Positions 28,306 to 32,000 of a DNA stretch of 32,000 bases are shown in pieces. The stretch is from Acaryochloris marina MBIC11017. Lineage in GTDB: Bacteria > Cyanobacteriota > Cyanobacteriia > Thermosynechococcales > Thermosynechococcaceae. The notes under the pieces are model-generated. The model was given only the letters and a program-made list of their open reading frames with translations. It ran no database searches and was not told the DNA's origin. The DNA is taken from NCBI RefSeq assembly GCF_000018105.1, contig NC_009925.1:2160001-2192000 (forward strand), read 5' to 3'. The translations under genes were made by a program, and so were the position numbers. Position 1 is the stretch's first letter. Each line of letters starts with the position of its first letter.

Positions 28306-29769
28306 ATGACATTTACGACCTTAACTTTCGTAGTATTTTTACTACTGACCTTCACCAGTTACTGGAAATTAGGAAAAAGGTCATTACAAAATATTTTTCT
28401 GGTTGTTATTAGCTACATTTTTTATGGCTGGTGGGATTACCGCTTTTGCTTTTTGTTACTAGCCTCTAGTTCTGTCGATTATTGGATCGGCTTATACCTC
28501 GCTCGATCAGACACAGACAGAACTCGAAAACTTTTATTATTCAGCAGTCTATGTATCAACTTAGGGTTACTAGGGTTCTTCAAATACTGGAATTTTTTCT
28601 CCCAGAGCTTGGTTGATACCCTATCCCTAGTGGGCTGGAAGTTAGACTATGTTGCCCTGAATGTTATTTTGCCCGTTGGCATTAGCTTCTATACCTTCCA
28701 AACCCTGAGTTACACCATCGATATATATCGGCGCCAACTACAGCCTACAAAAAACTACATAGACTACCTGGCCTACGTTTCCTTTTTTCCTCAACTCGTT
28801 GCTGGCCCAATCGAGCGGGCACCTCACCTGCTCCCGCAGTTTCTCAACTCAAGACAATTTAACTATGAGTTAGCCGTGGATGGATGCCGCCAGATTCTCT
28901 GGGGACTAGCCAAGAAAATGTTGGTTGCGGACAACCTAGCAGCTATCGTTGATCAGGCCTTTGGACAACCCAGTGAATATCCTGGCCCTCAGCTCGTCTT
29001 TGCAACCATTGCCTTTGCATTCCAAATTTACTGTGATTTTTCCGCCTACTCTGATATTGCCATTGGCACCGCCAGACTCTTTGGGTTTGACTTGATGAGA
29101 AATTTCGCTTACCCCTATTTCTCCCAGTCGATGGCTGAATTTTGGCGACGATGGCATATTTCCTTCTCTTCGTGGTTAAGAGACTATGTCTATATTCCCC
29201 TGGGTGGTAGTCGGGTCCCGTCATTCCGCAGAATCATCAACGTGATGTTGACCTTCTTAATCAGTGGTTTATGGCATGGTGCAGCCTGGAATTTTGTGAT
29301 CTGGGGCGGCATTCATGGTGGCGTCGTTCTCGCCGAAAAACTTTGGATCCCTGCTCAAACCCTCAAAGCAACAGATACCCCCTGTGGAGAGGGGTTATTT
29401 CCCAAGTTGAGTACTGTGTTCAGAGTGCTGATTACCTTCTCCCTCACCTGTCTATCTTGGATCTTCTTCCGAGCCAAAACAATTCAAGATGCGGGCTTTA
29501 TGGTCCAGAAGATATTTATGGATGCCCTCCGCCCTTCCGCCTATAAATCCTTCGGAACCATTGTTGCTGATTGCCCTATTGGTAAATGGATTGTTGTGGT
29601 TTTAGCCTGTTTAGTGCTTATTGAGTGGCTACAGCGAAAGTATGCCCATCCCTTGGTATTGAAGAAGTTACCGCAAAGTATCAGATGGTCAGCCTATACC
29701 CTATTACTGTGGATCACCTTGGCATACGGAACCTGGAGTACTGGACAATTTGTATATTTTCAGTTTTAA
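28306..29769 (+). CDS. MBOAT-family membrane-bound O-acyltransferase (AlgI/DltB-like), 487 aa
   Basis: Polytopic membrane protein with MBOAT hallmarks: FYTFQTLSYTIDIY, FPQLVAGPIER, WRRWHISFSSWLRDYVYIPLGGSR and LISGLWHGAAWNF, which carries the conserved His. Confidence 0.92.
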   Translation: MTFTTLTFVVFLLLTFTSYWKLGKRSLQNIFLVVISYIFYGWWDYRFCFLLLASSSVDYWIGLYLARSDTDRTRKLLLFSSLCINLGLLGFFKYWNFFSQSLVDTLSLVGWKLDYVALNVILPVGISFYTFQTLSYTIDIYRRQLQPTKNYIDYLAYVSFFPQLVAGPIERAPHLLPQFLNSRQFNYELAVDGCRQILWGLAKKMLVADNLAAIVDQAFGQPSEYPGPQLVFATIAFAFQIYCDFSAYSDIAIGTARLFGFDLMRNFAYPYFSQSMAEFWRRWHISFSSWLRDYVYIPLGGSRVPSFRRIINVMLTFLISGLWHGAAWNFVIWGGIHGGVVLAEKLWIPAQTLKATDTPCGEGLFPKLSTVFRVLITFSLTCLSWIFFRAKTIQDAGFMVQKIFMDALRPSAYKSFGTIVADCPIGKWIVVVLACLVLIEWLQRKYAHPLVLKKLPQSIRWSAYTLLLWITLAYGTWSTGQFVYFQF

Positions 29770-29855
29770 GCTCTCATAATGAATGACTTGCAAGCCAGAT
29801 TGATGTTAGGGCCCCCCTAGCCTGTCTTAATAAATTGATTTTAAGTGTTCTCTGA

Positions 29856-30827
29856 ATGAAGCAATTTATCTTCCGACTACTAAAATTCATATCCATTCAG
29901 TCTTTAGTCCTGTTCATCGTGCTCGTTTTTTATGTCATGAACCATGACAAAACAGCCAAAACCAACTACTTGGCAGCCACTCTCGATAAACATGATTTAC
30001 TGGCTAAACAACAACCACCTCGGGTCATTTTTCTAGGGGGTTCTAATGTGGCGTTTGGCTTAGATTCTTCACTAATTGGACGTCGCTTAAATCGCAACCC
30101 CGTCAATATGGGGCTACATGCGGCACTAGGACTGGAATATATGCTCAATGAAGTGGACGCTTCCCTAGTAGAAGGAGATATCGTTGTTATTTCATTTGAA
30201 TATGAGCAATTTTCTAGTCCTTTACCCGATATTCCAGAACGTCTGTTTACGGTGATAGACAGTCGTCCCCAGAATGCTCAGTTCGTTCCTTGGTACTATG
30301 CCCCCATCATGCTGGACAAAGGCCAACTCTATCTAGGAGGCGTTATCCGTACAGCGATCAATTCAGTCCTAGGGACCTACGAAATTGATCGCGTTTATCG
30401 CCGCAGCAACTTGAATGAGATTGGAGATGCCACGGTTAATAACACAGAAAGTGGACGAGACTTAACCCAAATCAAGGGAAAGCTAACGGTCAATGATGAC
30501 TCCGTGCAAACAGCGATCACCATCTTGAATGCCTTTAATCAATCAGCCACCCAAAAAGGAGCCAAGATTTATTATTCCTATCCTTCATTACTCGACTCTG
30601 TTTTTCGAGATAATGCTGCTGCCATTGGCCGCATCGATGCTCAACTCAAACAATCCTTAGATTTTCCCCTGCTAGATGCTCCTAAAGATATGGCATTTAG
30701 TCAAGAGTATTTCTTTGATTCTGAGTATCATCTCAATCACAAAGGTACAAAAGTTCGTTCGGAATTAATTTCGGAACAATTGTCGAAGCGTTTAACAGAA
30801 AGCACTGATACCAAAACTGATAGCTGA
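29856..30827 (+). CDS. Membrane-anchored hypothetical protein, possible SGNH/DltD/AlgJ-like partner of the MBOAT acyltransferase, 323 aa
   Basis: N-terminal TM anchor (SIQSLVLFIVLVFYVM). A block-I-like motif VIFLGGSNVAFGLDS and a C-terminal FFDSEYHLNHKGT suggest an SGNH-like fold. Its position directly downstream of an AlgI-like gene matches known two-component O-acetylation systems. The function call is tentative. Confidence 0.55.
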   Translation: MKQFIFRLLKFISIQSLVLFIVLVFYVMNHDKTAKTNYLAATLDKHDLLAKQQPPRVIFLGGSNVAFGLDSSLIGRRLNRNPVNMGLHAALGLEYMLNEVDASLVEGDIVVISFEYEQFSSPLPDIPERLFTVIDSRPQNAQFVPWYYAPIMLDKGQLYLGGVIRTAINSVLGTYEIDRVYRRSNLNEIGDATVNNTESGRDLTQIKGKLTVNDDSVQTAITILNAFNQSATQKGAKIYYSYPSLLDSVFRDNAAAIGRIDAQLKQSLDFPLLDAPKDMAFSQEYFFDSEYHLNHKGTKVRSELISEQLSKRLTESTDTKTDS

Positions 30828-30884
30828 AGGATTTAATCTAGACTTGCTATATTTCTCACCTTAGAAGGATATTGCTTAGTTACT

Positions 30885-31793
30885 ATGAAATTTATTCCGT
30901 CAAAAATATGGTTGATCATTCTATTTTTGAGTGGCGTCACCTGTGGTGTACTTCTGAGTAAGTTTCTGTTTAAGTTTCAAGACCGCCTCCAGACCTCTCA
31001 AGCTTCCCAGGCACAAGAACTCCCCACTATTCCGGATCAGGTGCAGGGGAAAATGTCTCTTTATGTTTTAGCGGGGCAATCCAATATGACGGGCAGAGGC
31101 CCGCTAGATGCTGAGAGTTCAAAAACACACCCCCAGGTTTTTGTATTTGGGAATGATTACCGATGGCACCTCGCCAAAGACCCTCTGGATTCTATAGACG
31201 GCCAAGTTGATCCAGTCTCCCAGGAAGGCAAGGCTCCCGGTGTGGGGCCCGGCATGACCTTTGCATCGGCATTGCTCAAACATGATAAAGATGCTGTTAT
31301 TGGCCTGATTCCCTGTGCTAGGGGAGGGTCAACCATTCAAGAATGGCAACGCAATTTAAGTGAAAACTCTCTCTATGGGTCGTGCCTCAAGCGATTGCGA
31401 GCGGCCTCTTTGATGGGCCAGCTGGAAGGAATGTTATTTTTTCAGGGAGAAGCAGATGCTTTGGATCAAAAGCAATTTTCTCACCTCTCTTTATCTCCAC
31501 AACAATGGTCCAAAAAGTTTGAAAAGTTTATTGAGAGTTTTCGACTAGATACAAAGCAGGAGAATCTACCTATTGTCTTTGCTCAAATTGGGTCTCATGA
31601 TGCCCCCAATCTCTTAACTCAGTGGAACGTTGTTAAAAAGCAGCAAGAGAATATTCAATTACCCCATGTAGCCATGATTACCACGGATGATTTAGCCCTT
31701 GAGGACTATGTTCATTACACCACTAAAAGTTATCGTACGATTGGGCAGCGATTCGCCAATGCCTATATTAAACTAACCGAGAAGAATCTATGA
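30885..31793 (+). CDS. SASA/DUF303-family SGNH carbohydrate O-acetylesterase-like protein, 302 aa
   Basis: N-terminal TM or signal segment, then the SASA hallmark VLAGQSNMTGRG, a GGSTI block, a QGEADA block and a C-terminal DYVHY (DxxH) block. Confidence 0.8.
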   Translation: MKFIPSKIWLIILFLSGVTCGVLLSKFLFKFQDRLQTSQASQAQELPTIPDQVQGKMSLYVLAGQSNMTGRGPLDAESSKTHPQVFVFGNDYRWHLAKDPLDSIDGQVDPVSQEGKAPGVGPGMTFASALLKHDKDAVIGLIPCARGGSTIQEWQRNLSENSLYGSCLKRLRAASLMGQLEGMLFFQGEADALDQKQFSHLSLSPQQWSKKFEKFIESFRLDTKQENLPIVFAQIGSHDAPNLLTQWNVVKKQQENIQLPHVAMITTDDLALEDYVHYTTKSYRTIGQRFANAYIKLTEKNL

Positions 31794-31935
31794 TGTGAAA
31801 GTCTGACAAAATGGGAAATATCAATATATGATTGAAGCAATTTTGGATTTTTAAATGGCCTTTAAATACAGCTTTATCTTTAGTTTTTATTAACTGTTTC
31901 AAATCGATTGTTAGCGTTGTTCATTGAGTGAGCTA

Positions 31936-32000
31936 ATGGAGACAAAACCAAGAATTCCTGTTGCAATTTTGTGTGGTGGCAAAGGAACGAGATTAAAAGA
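31936..32000 (+). CDS. Sugar-phosphate nucleotidyltransferase (RfbF/RmlA-like), 3'-partial at window edge
   Basis: METKPRIPVAILCGGKGTRLK matches the G-x-G-T-R-(x)n-K nucleotidyltransferase N-terminal signature. Only 21 codons are visible. Confidence 0.6.
   Translation, partial: METKPRIPVAILCGGKGTRLK

Overview
This is a cyanobacterial chromosomal segment. The evidence is a canonical psbA/D1 gene, seven perfect HIP1 palindromes (GCGATCGC), a Ycf23-like gene and a FutB-like iron permease. Most genes are housekeeping: the uvrA 3' end, psbA, a HIT protein, ssb, purD, mnmG and tRNA-Pro(UGG). The clear outlier is one 4.2-kb gene (1141-5370, +) encoding a 1409-aa protein. Its domain order is TIR, 14 near-identical WD40 repeats, a Roc small GTPase, a COR domain, a CxxC..CxxC zinc ribbon and a DUF4365 (PD-(D/E)xK nuclease-like) domain. 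I read it as an NLR-like, ROCO-type conflict or immune protein in which a Roc-COR GTPase replaces the usual STAND NTPase as the switch. The WD40 region is a 126-bp x 14 tandem DNA array. Its variation is confined to about 10 of 42 codon positions, which suggests concerted evolution with a hypervariable recognition surface. Secondary items:
- a Ser/Thr kinase followed by an FHA-FHA-ABC exporter, resembling the PknF/Rv1747 pair;
- a heme-c (CxxCH) DUF3365-HAMP sensor with no output domain, divergent from a PhnD-like lipoprotein;
- a sugar nucleotidyltransferase fused to a phosphomannomutase-like domain whose catalytic motifs look degenerate;
- a 966-bp ORF-free AT-rich intergenic region;
- an unannotated 59-codon ORF with a strong Shine-Dalgarno sequence;
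- an AT-rich glycan O-acetylation cluster (MBOAT, SGNH-like partner, SASA esterase) starting next to the tRNA.
All domain calls come from motif recognition by eye. No searches were run.
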